From Eledone cirrhosa (taxonomy: Eukaryota): 64,000 nucleotides of DNA. Below the pieces are notes generated by a model that did no database searches, had not been told where the DNA came from, and was given only the letters and a program-made list of their open reading frames with translations. How positions within the stretch are numbered: the stretch's first letter is position 1; every line of letters begins with the position of its first letter. The stretch is taken from the NCBI GenBank assembly GCA_964016885.1, contig OZ024743.1, positions 58,590,001-58,654,000 of the forward strand, written 5' to 3'. The position numbers and the translations under genes are program-made. Positions 39,663 to 53,313 of this stretch are shown here, piece by piece.

Positions 39663-39715
<53 letters not shown>

Positions 39716-40669
39716 CATATATATATATGTAGAGAGAGAGAGAAAATTGTATTCAAGGGTTGCAGATACATTTTATGTTTTTTAAGCATACAAGCAAATT
39801 TACGGTACAGATCGATAAGGAATTGTTCATTCAAAACAAATTATACTTTTTTAATGTTGTTGCAGAAAGAATCATAGTTATCACATTCACTTTTTACTAA
39901 CCGGCTTCCTCACATGTGAGCTTTTCAATGTCTAACATATATATAATATATTTATGATTTGTTAGAGTGTATAATCTTTCATACTTTTCTCTGAGATTTC
40001 ATTGAGATTCGTTCGTGCAGCGTGTAAACATCCACGTCTAGAATCTTTAAAACTTCCCAAACAATCTCTCTTTATTTGTTTACGGTGTTTCAGTTGACAG
40101 AGAGGTGGTATAATTTCAGGTGTTTGTTTTATTCTATCGTTTGACACAGCATGCATGCCTAGTCGTCTGCTAACACAAACCAGGTCTTCAGTTTACGGTA
40201 GCTTTATTTCCATTCTCCCAAAATTTGTTCGCAATTTTATCCAGGATAAATGCAATGGATAGTTAAGGATGAGGTGTCTAACATATTTGAGACATTGAAA
40301 CAATAGTTGCATGGTTCGTCTGCTATAAACTCCGAAACGAAAGGCAGGGACAAAAGATCTTAGTAATTAAAGTAGCAACAAAAGATCTTAGTAATTAAAA
40401 CGTACCGTGATTTAGATATACAAAACTGACGTCATCATGGCTGAAACGCTGTTTGTCTAGTCATGGCTAACTAAACGGGTATACACTGTCCTGAACATAG
40501 GAGCTAATATTCTAAGTATTGTATCTTTGTACAGTATGTGGAACTGTAGAATTTTAATGTTCCACTATACAGAGAGGATCTATGACAATGTATATGTTCG
40601 TGCGCGATTCTTGGATCTCCTTCAAATTCTACGATTCTTAGAAGTGCGAGCTGAATACCCTAACTCATC

Positions 40670-40950
40670 AACAATACAGGCAGCATGTACCAAAATAAAG
40701 AAGATGTATCACAATACAGAGAGAGTCGACCACAATATATCAGAATAGGCAGGATGTACCACAACGCAGACAGGATATAACACAATACAGATAGGACGTA
40801 CGATAATAAAGACAAGATGTACCGTATTATAAACGTGATGTACTATATTACAGGCACATTGTCCCACAATACACACAAGATCTCCTCCAACACACAATAC
40901 AGGGTGGACATCTCAAAGTGCAGAAAAGACATCTCACAATATAAAGAAGA
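40670..40950. repeat. Degenerate ~21-bp minisatellite
   Basis: Recurrent cacaatacag...gatgtac-like units. Confidence 0.55.
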
Positions 40951-41761
40951 TCTCTTAAGGAATGTAACCGATGTCATAACAGTAACTGATACAGAAGTCA
41001 ATTTACATTTGTTTGTTGCTAGTTATTGAAATATTGGTTACTATTTGTAGGTCTTGGATCGATTACCACCATGCTATATACGTTGCCAAACATAGCAGTC
41101 AACCATAGTTTAACACTTACAACGACAACAGCAACAAAAACAACAGCTCTCTGTCATTCGAATCTAATGGATTTGCACTCAGGTCACTTGCCCCTCTGCG
41201 GCTCTCTAACTTTGGTTATAAATCTACGACATGGCTGTTTATTGATGACATCAATGACCAATACTTTCCCAATGCAATTTTCTAATGTATCCTCAGAACA
41301 CTTCAGTAACCCCCGAAACTCTCCCGGAAAAAATCCCCTAACCTTTCCAGCTAATGTGACTCACACAGATTTGAAGATATAATAATGACAAAATTATTGT
41401 TTGTAATGTTATATTATGATTCATCTGGAGGTATTAGAAGGTCGGATAGAGAGTTTTGCGTTGTTCCATCCGACATTCTTCACTCATGACACGAAATATG
41501 TCATGATGATGCCTCCATCAGAAGTTAAAGGTAGATGCAATGATGAAACTATTGTTTGTAGTATATATAGAATGAAGTGATCATGCCCGGAGATGTTATA
41601 AAATAGTTTGTAAAATAGGGCGAAGACCTTTAAAGACGGAATAAGAAGATGACAACGGCTTTGTAAACACCATTTTTGTTGACACACACACAAACACACA
41701 GACACACACACGCGCACGCACTAACTTTCCTCAATTGAATGATATGTATATATATCTATAT

Positions 41762-41943
41762 ATAACGAAGGAGTTGTGGTAAGGAACCAGATGGACCATA
41801 ACGCACCAGAGTACTCAATACTTAGGGAGTTGGTAATAGGAAAAGGTATGACCCCGCAGGCAGAGCTCAAGCCGTTTCGACGGCTATTTCTGGACAGCTC
41901 AAGTCGAAACGAGTTGAGCTCTGCCGTCGGGGTCATACTTTTA

Positions 41944-41948
<5 letters not shown>
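41762..41948 (-). mobile_element. Fold-back mini-element of the same family as 1793-2001
   Basis: Tail 41762-41835 is the reverse complement homologue of 1925-2001; arms ~41836-41881 and 41903-41948. Confidence 0.8.
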
Positions 41949-41987
<39 letters not shown>

Positions 41988-41992
<5 letters not shown>

Positions 41993-42204
41993 GTGTTTAC
42001 ACAACAGTTAGTTCACCATACCGAGAACAATTGTTTCGCCTTAGCGGATCCTCAGCTCGTAAATATTACGAGCTCAGGATCCGCTAACGTGAAACAATTG
42101 TTCTCGGTATGGTGAATTAACTGTTGTGTAACCACCTCTACCCAACTCGTCCCATGGACTGAGTGTCTACCACTACGGATATTACCTTCTAGTGTTCTAC
42201 CACT
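41988..42204 (+). mobile_element. Fold-back mini-element; HHR core intact on the - strand at 42022-42059, mutated (CTCAGGA) on the + strand
   Basis: Arms 41988-42062 and 42067-42140. Reverse complement of the left arm: cgag-CTGAGGA-tccgctaaggc-GAAA-caattg-TT-ctcg. Confidence 0.75.
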
Positions 42205-42261
42205 ATATATATATATGTTTTCTAAATGATAGTTTCTGATTTAGGCAGAGGGCCTAAATAA

Positions 42262-42443
42262 TTGTTTCTACTTTAGGCACAAGGCCAGCAATTACCAAGT
42301 GCATTACTGGTACTTTATTTTATCGACCCCGTAAGGATGAAAGGCAAAGTCAACCTCGGCGGGATTTGAACTCAGATCGTAAAGGGACGTAACTATGCTG
42401 GAAAGCATGGCGTCCGACCCTCTACCGATACTGCCAATCCACT
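42262..42443 (-). mobile_element. tRNA-derived SINE
   Basis: Reverse complement homologue of 39057-39245. Confidence 0.8.
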
Positions 42444-42819
42444 AAATAATCATAACAGATTAGAAATGTGTCATCTTTCTTTAATAAATTAGATGTTTTA
42501 TAGAATTTGTTGCTTTCATTTACATAAGACTTCCTAATTCCTCTATTGTTTCGCTAGCAGAATGCTACAACTGCGAGCTGTAAGCAGTTCTACAACTGCT
42601 ATTTCAATGAATGAATGAAGTCTATCTACTGCCGAAAGGCGGAACTATTTCATTGATGGTTAAACCAGGAGATGTATTTATTGGAAAACTTTTATTACAA
42701 CAGATTTTTTCTATTGCTCCACTTCACAGTCTGCTTTAATAAAGAAGTGTAATCAATGAGTTTTTGTGTAGTTTTTTTCTATTATTATTAACCATGAACG
42801 TTATGCAGTTTTTCACATT

Positions 42820-43245
42820 CTGGTGGATTTAGTGAAGGAGGCTGTTTGCTGGATGAAACTGAAAGACCTTAAAATAGACACAGTCCCCTTCGACGAAGCT
42901 CTCATCGAATGCTTCAATTTCCACTTGGAAAAGAAGGTTTGGAGAGAGAGGGAAATCATTCCCATCGGTACATTTGTTAAAATGTGCGAGAATGGTCGCT
43001 GTGAATGTGCATAGTTTAAGAATGCGCACGTAGGCTGTAAAGATGAGGAGAAAAGGTGAACGGGTAATTTCTGATCTGTGGGGCTCCTTAATAGCCCATA
43101 CTTGGAATTCTCTTGTTATCAATTTATAGTTATCGTTTCACTTGTTTCTGTGTTCATTCCTCCTGTCAATAAATCCGCTTTGTACCTATTTATATGTATT
43201 GTCCTGAAAGTGTTGTACCCTGTGGGGGGCAATAAGGAAATTATT
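42820..43245 (+). mobile_element. 3'-end relic of a Tx1-like LINE
   Basis: DLVKEAVCWMKLKDLK...EALIECFNFHLEKKVWRERE aligns with the ORF2 C-terminus at 56590-56760. Confidence 0.7.
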
Positions 43246-43477
43246 AATATTATAATTATCACTACCAACTATGATGTTGATTTGAGCTGGTTAATTTAAG
43301 GAACTTCGGATTGCAACTAGAAACCTAGTGTGACACCAACACTTACATATCATCTCTTGTCATTTCACTATTGCTTGTAGTTCAGATCCTTTCTCATTAT
43401 TCGGAGTGTTAACAGCATACCGTACGCTCAGCAAGCACCTAATTCCCTCCTTTTTTTCTAATAATTATTATTATTTT

Positions 43478-44235
43478 CTTGGAGTCTCAGTCAGTGATGT
43501 TATTTAACTGAAAATTTGTTCAAATGAACATCAAGCCCCTACCTGCAGCCTCAGATATTCAGGACGCATCGCAGGCTTCTTGCTGTTCCCAGCAAACATG
43601 ATTTTTGAACTGTCCCCCCAAAGGGGGTTCTTTAACAATCATTGAAAACTCTTTAAGATAGTACCTAGTGCGCCTATGACAATCGGGAGGACCTTGATCT
43701 CATGCTAGTCCAAAATCATTTTTAATTCCCCCTTTAAATCATATTATCAGTTAATTTTAACTTCTCCTTTTCTTGCTCCGCTGCAGCCAGTAGCATTCCC
43801 TCTGTCGCATTTTCAAGGTCTCCTCTTTTTAACCAGCTCCATGCCTGTCGATCACTGAATTCCGTTTTCTTAAAAAAAGGTGCTATGAAGAGTTTTACAT
43901 GACGGTTGCTCTTCCTCTTTATTTTTCTTGATGTCTTCTGCTTCTAGAACACCGAAATATCCGTCTATCTCTTCAGTGTGAATTTCTTTAATCATCTCAC
44001 AAGTTCGTACCTGGATTCCGTTGCTTCTGTTCAATTTACCCCTGTTCATCACTCCGACTCCACACTTATTAGAACCTAATTCCATACATATGTCATAGCT
44101 GACAATACAGACAGTGTTAACAAGTACATTCAACTCCTCGCTTTTCCCAAAGAGTTTTAGATTGTACATGAAGTGCGGGTGTTTGATGGTAAGCACTCCT
44201 CTTCCCAGTTTGTATCCTGCTTTCACCTTTCGCAA
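43478..44235 (-). mobile_element. R4/Dong LINE relic with internal deletions
   Basis: Homologous to 57112-64000, including the 3' end gagtctcagtca and RKVKAGYKLG...LKLFGKS. Confidence 0.85.
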
Positions 44236-45663
44236 TATAATAATAATTATAATAATAATTATTATTATTGTCATTACTATTCTTATTATTATTTCATTTA
44301 TCTTGCTTTATGTTACGAGTTATCACCAAGTCACAACAAGTGACCCCAAGAGACCAAAAGGTGCGCCATGTTAAAAAAAGAACACATGCACACATATGTG
44401 TGTTTAGACTTGTGATGTATATATATATTGACAGAATCTTCCTTAGTATATGGGTAGTTCCCATTAGTACTGTCTTTCCTATTTCTTCTATACGCTGGTT
44501 TCCTGGGATTTGGGATAAGTAATCATTAGACTCCTTAGGTATCCTTCATAGAGCGCCTACAACTACTGGTGTTGTTTTAGTTCTCAAATTCCGCATTTTC
44601 CCAATCTCTATCTTCAGCTCCTTATTCTTGCTCAATTTTTCAAATGTTTTAATCGATACATTCTTGTCTATAGGAGCGGATGTGTCAATTAGCAGGCATA
44701 CCCTCTTTGAAAGTCCTTCAGTATTATATCAGTTCTATTTGCAGCTATTTTTTCTTCTGTTTGGATGCTAAAGTGCCACAAAATTGAAATGTGACTTGTT
44801 TCATGTATGGGAGGTGGTTGATGCTGCGCCTAATTCATTTGAAGGGGCAGGTCAAAATGCTTACACATTACCCAATGTATGTATTTTGCAGCTCTGTCGT
44901 GCCTGTTTAGGTATTCGGCTGGAACTATACGACTGCACCTTGAAATTATATGATCAATGTTCTCTTGCTGTATTTTACATATATAGCATAATGGGTTGCA
45001 TCCATTTTTTATGATGTTGGCTTGATAATTTTTTGTTGGCAGACACTGATCTTGTGCTGATATAATCAGTCCTTCAGTTTTTCGAAAGTAGGTTTATAAT
45101 TATTATTTTTCGTTATACTTTCGTAGCTGTCTCAGCGGCCTAGTTGAAGTAATCGTAGACGGTGGGGAACCTGGTCTAAAGTTCGATCCTGGGCGTGAGT
45201 AGGTTTCCCGGTAAACATTTTCAGTTTTTTTTTATGGGATATTAAATAAAAACTGAAAAAGATTACATGCACCACTTGGAATTGAAACCTAGATCAAGAT
45301 CTACACTGTCTCTAGTACCTACCACTGAGACAGCTACGAAAATATTATGAAAAATCTTACTTATAAACCTACTTCCAAAGTTTTCAATACAAAATGATGT
45401 GGTGTCGTTCATGTCTTTCTTAATGTTATTGGTCCTACATAAGGTTGACTTCTAAATCATTTGGGTGTTCCATAAACTACATCCTCGTTTTCTTTCTCAT
45501 CTATCTAGACTATATTTTAACCTGTAATCCATGATTAATTTCTGTCGCATCTCACGTCTCCACCCTCTCTCTCTGAGATATTTGAATCTACTATGATTTG
45601 GGCTTACCTTATTCATATATATATATGATTTTGCCTTTCTGTTAGATTCAAACTTACAATGAT

Positions 45664-46379
45664 TGGTGCTCTAAAATAGCGATGTATACATGAATGTATG
45701 TATAGTATATTTGGCAATATACCGTATGTTTAATCAAAAAGATTTAGAAGACCATACGCTATCAGTTTTAAAGTAATGACTATGTCACTTCATTTCGGCG
45801 AAAGAAGTAAGAGAAGCTGTCTGTCCGTTTCACGATGGTTGGCCTTCATCAGAGCCACGTACTCCCTGCTTCCGCCAAAATTATAGAAGCTGGATTCTTA
45901 TAGAATTCCAGTAATAATCAGGAGCTGATTATGTGGAGCGATTGCCGGTCCAGCAAAAATTAGGTATTAGGATTGGTGCTTTGAAATAGCGATGTATATA
46001 TGAATGAATGTATCGTATATTTGCCAATATACCATATGTTTAATTAAAAATATTTAGAAGACCATACCCTATCAGTTTTAAAGTAGTGACTGTGTCACTC
46101 ACTTCTTTTCGGCGAAAGAGGGGAGAGAAGCTGACAGTCTGTTTCACGCTGGTTGACGTTTATCAGAGCCACGTACTCCCCTGCTTCCGCCGAAAATTAT
46201 AGGAGGTGGATTCTTATAGAATTCCAGTAATAATCAGGAGCTAATTATAAAGAGCGATTGCCGGTCCAGCAAAAATTAGATATCAGGATTGGTGCTCTGG
46301 AATAGCGAGGTATACATGAATATATCTATGGTATATTTGGCAATATACCATCTGTTTAATTAAAAACATTTAGAAGACC
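45664..46379 (-). mobile_element. Retrozyme-like tandem array: 2.3 copies of a ~310-bp HHR-bearing unit with a 13-bp TSD
   Basis: Units start at 45661, 45971 and 46287; AACTTACAATGAT occurs at 45651-45663 and 46380-46392. Confidence 0.8.
46106..46196 (-). ncRNA. Extended type I hammerhead ribozyme (unit 2); paralogue at 45816-45855 in unit 1
   Basis: Reverse complement: ggggag-tacgtg-gct-CTGATAA-acgt caacca gcgt-GAAA-cagactg-TC-agc-ttct-ctcccc. Unit 1 has CTGATGA. Confidence 0.75.
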
Positions 46380-46398
46380 AACTTACAATGATCGGCAT

Positions 46399-46638
<240 letters not shown>

Positions 46639-47320
46639 CAAAAGATGAGTTACAAGCCGTTCAAACATATATATATATTATGTGTTTGTTGAAATAATCA
46701 AATTAAATTAATTCAACAGTTATACTCACATAGGAATAATGAGGTTGTCACCCAGAAGATTGACAAGTCGCCCATAAATATGACTAATAGCATTAAGAAT
46801 GCCATGAACGACACCACATATTTTAAAGTTTGATTTTGAAAGTAGGTTTATAATTAATAATTTTCATTATGCTTCGTAGCTCTCTCGGCGGCCTAGTTGG
46901 AGCAATCATGGATGGTGGTGATCCTGGTCTGAAGTTCGATCCTGGTTGGAAGTATGGTTCCCGGTAAACCTTTTCAGTCCAGAGGGTGCCAACCACTGAT
47001 GGGTGTCAACATAGGATCGGTAGCTTTTACAGGGTATTTTCTTGTCATTTCTTAGGCAGTTTCCTTCTTTACTGCTACTTTTACCTGCTTTGCTTTTTCT
47101 GTGTTTTTCATTTCACCAGTAAGGGAAACTTCTAAAATGTGTAGTTCATTACTGTATCCATTTGCATCGTTTATAACGGAGTATGACCTTGTGTTGCTTT
47201 CATGTTTCAAAACGAGTTTGATCTTTCAATCATGTGCTTCCCTTACATATGTAGATAATCCAATTGTTGCAGTTTTCAAAGAAATATCTAACTGGATTAA
47301 TCCACGTTCTCCTACTTTCC

Positions 47321-47409
<89 letters not shown>

Positions 47410-47616
47410 GGCGACCTACGTAGTAAATCGTATCATCGTGAGCTCCGCAAAGGTTTGTTATTTCCGTTTGTTAAAAATTGTCATTTATGGAAAATTTTAT
47501 TGTTAACTGTTTATAAGCGCACATACATTGTTTTCAGAAAAGGACACCCAAAAAGATTGGGGCCTTGTGCCCAAAATTTAAACTTTTATTATTATCAAAA
47601 AATTTCTTTGAAAAAA

Positions 47617-49608
47617 ATGGCTAATTCACCTCTGCACGAAGCAGCTGAAAGCCTTCCTCACAAATTAACACCTCACACCGACACCACCATTGTAAATGTT
47701 ACTACGTATGCCAACACAAAAAAAAATATAAGCACTAGCAATATTTTAAATTTGTCTCAGGCAGACATTCATTTCCCGCCATTACCAATAACTGCAGGTG
47801 TTAAAGCCTCCACCACCACCACCACCGCGACAACCACCACCACCACCACCACCACCGCGACAACAGAAACAAAAGAAGAAAAAAATAAATTAACTCGTGA
47901 TATCGAAATGAAATCAAGCAAAATGGACTCTTCCCCAACAAAGACGACTGACGTCACCACCACCACAACTGAAACTAAAATTAATATTAACGATAGCAAC
48001 AACAACAACAATGACATTATAATCCCCCCCCTCAGTTTCGCCAGAGTAGCAAAACAGTTCGAAGCATTTATGGTAACTCAGGAGGATTTAGAAAATGCCA
48101 AACAAATGGTAAAGAAAGATGGGTACAGGGTCAGCCTCACCCCCCACCTAATAAAATGGAGCATCGGCGCCTTTTGCACCGTGTCGTATAGAACAATAAA
48201 TGTAAAATCGCGCCGAGTGGAACGGGCATCCGAGTCCCAAATCCAAAAAGCTTTGGGACATGTGTGGGAAAGAAAAACCCACATCAGACGTGGGCAAAAG
48301 TATGGAACCGTGGACGTGTTCTTGAAACACCAGAGGAGGCTAGAGAACACTCCATGGCCCCATTAAGAAGTGACGACTTCACACTCGTCCCAAGCTATTG
48401 TGGCCAGAGACTCGTAAAGATCAGGGTGACCCAAGTTCCACCGGCCATCGAAATTCCCTAGCTAATAGCAGCCGTCCTCGCCGGCATCGAAGCCAACACA
48501 AAAATAATAGCAATGGCAAAAGAAAAGCAGGAGAACTGGTCCGGATCTGGGATGGAGCTCCTGATCCAAGCGGAACAAAAAAGCATTGAGGAGATCCCAG
48601 AGGTAATAGACCTCACTGACGGCAGCCACCTCACGGTAATTGTCGAGGGCAGAAGACCTAGGTGTGTCGTTTGTGGTGAAGGAACCCACCTAAGGGCTTT
48701 CTGCCCTCAGGCTAAAAGGTTGAGGCCACCTCTCCTACCCACCCAGTGACACAACCATCAACACCACCAGTAGCAGAGATGGCAGAAACAACTGTAGCAG
48801 CAACAACAGAAGCAACTATAACAGCAACAACCCCAGCAACAGTAGCAAAACCAACACCATCACCACCACCAGCAAAGCCAACACCACCACCACCCAACGC
48901 TTCAGAACTAGCACCAGCGCCTACACCATCCACCACGCCACAACCAAAACTAACGCCTGTGGAGGATTTTCCACTCCCCGGCCTATCACAACTGGAGACA
49001 GATTGTGACGACGAGGAGTGGGAAACGATATCCGGAAAAAAAAAAGAAACCAAAAAAGAAAAAAATTCTCTTCCTTCCCCCTCCCAAAACAAAATACAGA
49101 GGGAAACAAATAAACTAAGAAACAAAAAAGTTAGGACAGATATGCCACCATCCACACCAGCATCACCAACCCCATCAACCCAAACACCAACACCATCACC
49201 ATCATTAACTCCAACACCACCATCACCTACACCACAAAAGTCACCAAAATGCGAAACAGAAACAAACCCACAACAAACTCAAACAAAACAAAACAAAACA
49301 ACCAAAACGATACACACTACACAGCATTAAATTTGAACAACAAGCAATTATTACACTACATCCAACACAACACCAGCATCACAGAAAAAGACTACACAAC
49401 AACCCCAAAATTCACACCACCTCCACACATACAAATCACTCGCATCACACAGAAAACGTACGTGACACTAAAACAAAAATTCCCCAAAGACATCGAAGAC
49501 TTCCGACAAGCACTCTCCAGGAGGATTTATAAGGACATCCTTCCTGAGGAGGCCACAAGCAGTGAAAAGGATGGAAAAACCGTCCTTCCCCTACGAGAAG
49601 TAAGGTAA
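47617..49608 (+). pseudogene. ORF1 (CCHC knuckle CVVCGEGTHLRAFC, Pro/Thr-rich tail), disrupted
   Basis: Frameshifts and a TAG relative to copy 2. Confidence 0.85.
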
Positions 49609-49642
49609 GTGGTCTTTCCCATCTTTTCCACTCCTTTTCAAC

Positions 49643-52600
49643 ATGACCTCACTCAGAATAGGCAGCATAAATGCGCGTGGCTTGTCTCGTCATGGAAGCA
49701 GGGCCACCTGCTCAACGCTCTCAGGTCACTAAACATAGATGTAGTGGCCATCAGCGAGACCAGAATCTCCGAAGCACAGGCTTTCGCACCGATCTTCGGC
49801 GGCTACGATGTGTACGCATCTCCCAGCCGTCCGGGATCGGGGGGAGGAGTTGCTGTGCTTTTTCGGAGAGGTTTGGATCTTGCCATACGGGCCATCTTCC
49901 TGGACCCAGAAGGTAAATTGGTGGTGCTGGACGTGACCAGCGGAGACGAGCAAGCTTTCAGGTTAGTGGCCGTCTATGCCCCGACAGGAGCAGGGCGGCC
50001 TGATTTCTTCCGGCGTCTGGAGACCTTTCTTGGAACGTCCCGCTCTTTAGTGTTAGTGGGCGACTGGAACGGGATCTTAGATGCACGCTGGGATTGTGTG
50101 GGATTAGTGGATAGGGAAGGAGGGTGCAAGAGTCTCACCAACCTGCTCAGACATTTTGAACTGTCTGACAGGTACCGAATGGATTTCCCGAATGTACCAA
50201 TGTGGACTTGGACAAATCGCATAGGGTCAACCAGATCATATCTAGATAGAGTATTTTGTAGGGAAATAGATAGGTCTAGCATAGGCTGTCCACAATTCAA
50301 GATAGTCAGCTACACGGACCACAAATTCGTGATCTGTGCTTGACTTAGATAGGCTCCATAGGCGAGGACCCGGCTACTGGAAGCTAAACGCGTCCTTACC
50401 AGCGCGCAAGGCCTACAGAGACTGGATTAGCGAACTTGTTAAGCGTGCGTTGACGGGGGCCATCGTCAACAACAAGTGGTAGTTTGCTCTGAAAAGAGCA
50501 ATTAGAATAGAGTCCATTAGGTTTAGTAAGAGTTTAGCAATAGAGAAAAATAGAGCAGAGGGAGAACTAGTTAGAAAACTAGATGAGGCGCTTAGCAAAG
50601 GCATCGCGACCGACGTACTTGCGGCGAAATTGGCCCTTGACCAATTCTTCAATGCAAAGCACGAAGGCTGCATTGTCAGAGCTAGGGTGCGTGCTCTCAG
50701 ACACGAGGGGACGAAAGCCGTTCAATGGGCCCGAGTGGCGGAGGCGCGTCGTGGCAACAAAGCCACGATCCGGTCTTTGGTGGACCACGACGGACGCATG
50801 CTACTCGATCCCGGGCAAATGTGTGAAGCTTTTCAGCGACACTTCGCTCAACTGTTCGGGGGCAGTGGCGAGCCGGATCGAGGGATGGTCTTTAGTGTCT
50901 ACCTCGATTGACTGCCGCGGCTTTCGGCCACTGAGGCGGAGTGTTGCGAAAAGCCGATAACAACCGCTGAAGTACGGGATGCAATGACTAGTTGCACAAG
51001 GGGTAAATCGCCTGGTTTGGATGGTCTGCCCTATGAACTTTACATAAAAATGCCAAACTTGTTCGGAGGCCTCTTGGCGGACGTCTACTGCAACTGGCAA
51101 CAGAACGGGAGAATTCCCAGCTCTGTGAGCCGAGGAGCGGTGGCGCTGCTGAGAAAGGATCCGAACAAGGGGGATAACATAGATAATTTTAGGCCCATAA
51201 CTCTGCTAAACACAGAGTTCAAGATTTTGGCCAAGGTGCTAGCAAAGAGGTTGGCGCTTGTCGTTGGTGGTCTGGTGGGAGAGGCACAGACATGCACCAT
51301 TCCCGACAGATCCATCCACGACAACCTCCACCTCATGCGATACATTGTAGAGAGGGTAGCTAGGGAACCTGGCACGGGTGGGTCTTTAATCAATTTAGAT
51401 CAGTCGAAAGCCTTCGATAGGGTCGACCATCGTTACCTAGAGGCAGTCCTGAGGGCGGCTGGCATTGGGCCCGTCTTCAGAGGCTGGATCGCTGCCATGC
51501 ACAGCAACATCTGCTCTGTAGTGAGAGTGAACGGTCACCTTTCGGAACCGTTCAACATCATGCGCTCGGTCCGCCAAGGATGTACCCTCTCGTCACTATT
51601 GTACGTATTGACTCTAGAGCCATTACTGCACAAACTTGAGACGTTGAGGGGGATCCCGCGCGAACTAGGATGCGGAAGATCCGTGTCAGCATATGCCGAC
51701 GATGTCACCGTAGTGGTATCGAACGCCAAACACATCGAGGCGATCGGCACTACACTAAGAGAATACGAAGCGGTGACAGGAGCAATGATCAACCAGGAAA
51801 AGTCAGTGGGCCTGCAGCTCGGCACCTGGAGAGGCAGGTCCATGCCGTCCAACAGCGTCGTCGGGCGCTGGACAGACGGACCGGTTAAATTGCTAGGGGT
51901 CTGGTTCGGTCCAGTCCTCCAGACGGACAAAAACTGGGACGAGGTGACGAGCAGGGTGGCTTCTCTCACCCAGAAATGGGCCGAGAGGAAGCTATCCCTG
52001 AAAGGTCGAGCGGAGGTGGCTAACGCGTACATCGCGTCCGTCATCTACTACCGCCTGACCGTCGTACCTTGTCCTAAGCCCCGCCTGACTGCGCTGGAGC
52101 GTTTGCTCTTTCGCTTCTTGTGGAAGGGACGCGCTCCGATGGTCAGGCGGTCCATCTGCTGTCAACACCCGCTACGTGGAGGGCTGGGCATGCCGTGGCT
52201 GATGATGCGCAGACACGCGTTCAGGCTACGACATCTCCACCTCTTCCTCGACGGTGATCAGGTGTGGTCGCCGTTTGCTAGACACGTTTTTTCCCAGCTC
52301 GTTTCCTTGACGGAGCTGCAGTCCTGGGTCAAGCGAAGACCGAGAGGGAGCGCTTGGAGACTGGAATGTCTTCAGGCGCTCACAGCCCTCGACCAATCGG
52401 GCAATGTGATCGGTGGAAACTCCACCTTGGCGTTCTATAGGGGATTAGTGGAGGGGAAGAGCGACGACGTACTTGGAGAAACTCTAGCCGTCGACGAAAA
52501 TCAACTAGCCAATCTCTTCGGAAGGACTTTCGGGCCGGGGCCTATGGACAACTTACAGAAATCCCTGGCCTGGCAGTGCTACCGGGGTGCTTTGCCAGTT

Positions 52601-53040
52601 CGGGATAAACTTTACAGGCATGGAGGTGCCGTCAGCCGGGCATGTCCGAGATGCGCACAGGGCGACGAAACCGTCCTGCACGCACTCGTCCAGTGTCCGA
52701 GCATTGCTGACCTGTGGGTTTAAGTCGAACACCTGCTGTCACGTGTAGGACGGATCCAGCTATCAGCTGAGTCCATCGTGAGGATTGCCCCGCCCTCTTC
52801 CTTTAGACGGGAAGGGCAGGCAGTTTTTATCTGTCTGGTGCCCACGGCGAAAGAGATAGTATGGTGGACACGTTTGAAAGGGCTCTACGGTGATGCCCTG
52901 ATTAACTTTTTCAAATTCTACTGAAAAGGAAAATCAGGGTAGAGAGGGAAATGCTCTCTTCCCAGCATTTTGTTGAAAGATGGGTGAGAGAAGCAAGTAT
53001 GGCCCGAATGAATGGGCCTTCACTGAGTATGTGTCTGTAA
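49643..53040 (+). pseudogene. ORF2 (APE endonuclease, reverse transcriptase), disrupted
   Basis: SET, VYAP, GDWN, LDR, TDH, GYWKLN, KSPGLDG, RPITLLN, KAFDRV, RQG, YADD, CPRC; several stops and frameshifts. Confidence 0.92.
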
Positions 53041-53313
53041 ATTAAAGGTGGAAAACTGGGAGAGGGCACTTGCCCTGGTGGTCAGGGCCACTGTGGTCTT
53101 TTAATGGGGTTTCTCCACAAATGTCCCTCGGAAGTCTCCCCCCTATTGGGGAATTTTTCTTTGTTATTTTATTTCATCCTCTGTTTTTTTACACGCAGAA
53201 ATGCCCATTTGTACCGTTCTGTATTGTCCTGTACTCTCCTTAATGTGTACTTCATGTAAACCCTTGTGGTTAATAAAGAAAACATTATTATTATTATTAT
53301 TTTTATTATTATT

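Larger units (their letters stand above)
47410..53283 (+). mobile_element. Full-length L1/Tx1-like LINE, copy 1 (inactivated)
   Basis: ORF1 plus ORF2 (APE, RT, cysteine-rich domain), AATAAA at the 3' end, flanked by (ATT)n. Confidence 0.93.

Noticed and set aside
40425-40462. CTGACGT...GAAAC...GTC HHR-like string
   Set aside because: Core mismatch and poor stems I and II; compatible with chance.
47101-47616. N-terminal extensions of ORF1 in the ORF track, also at 53266-53520
   Set aside because: Read-through of (ATT)n and the 5' UTR; the likely start is MANSP at 47617 and 53521.
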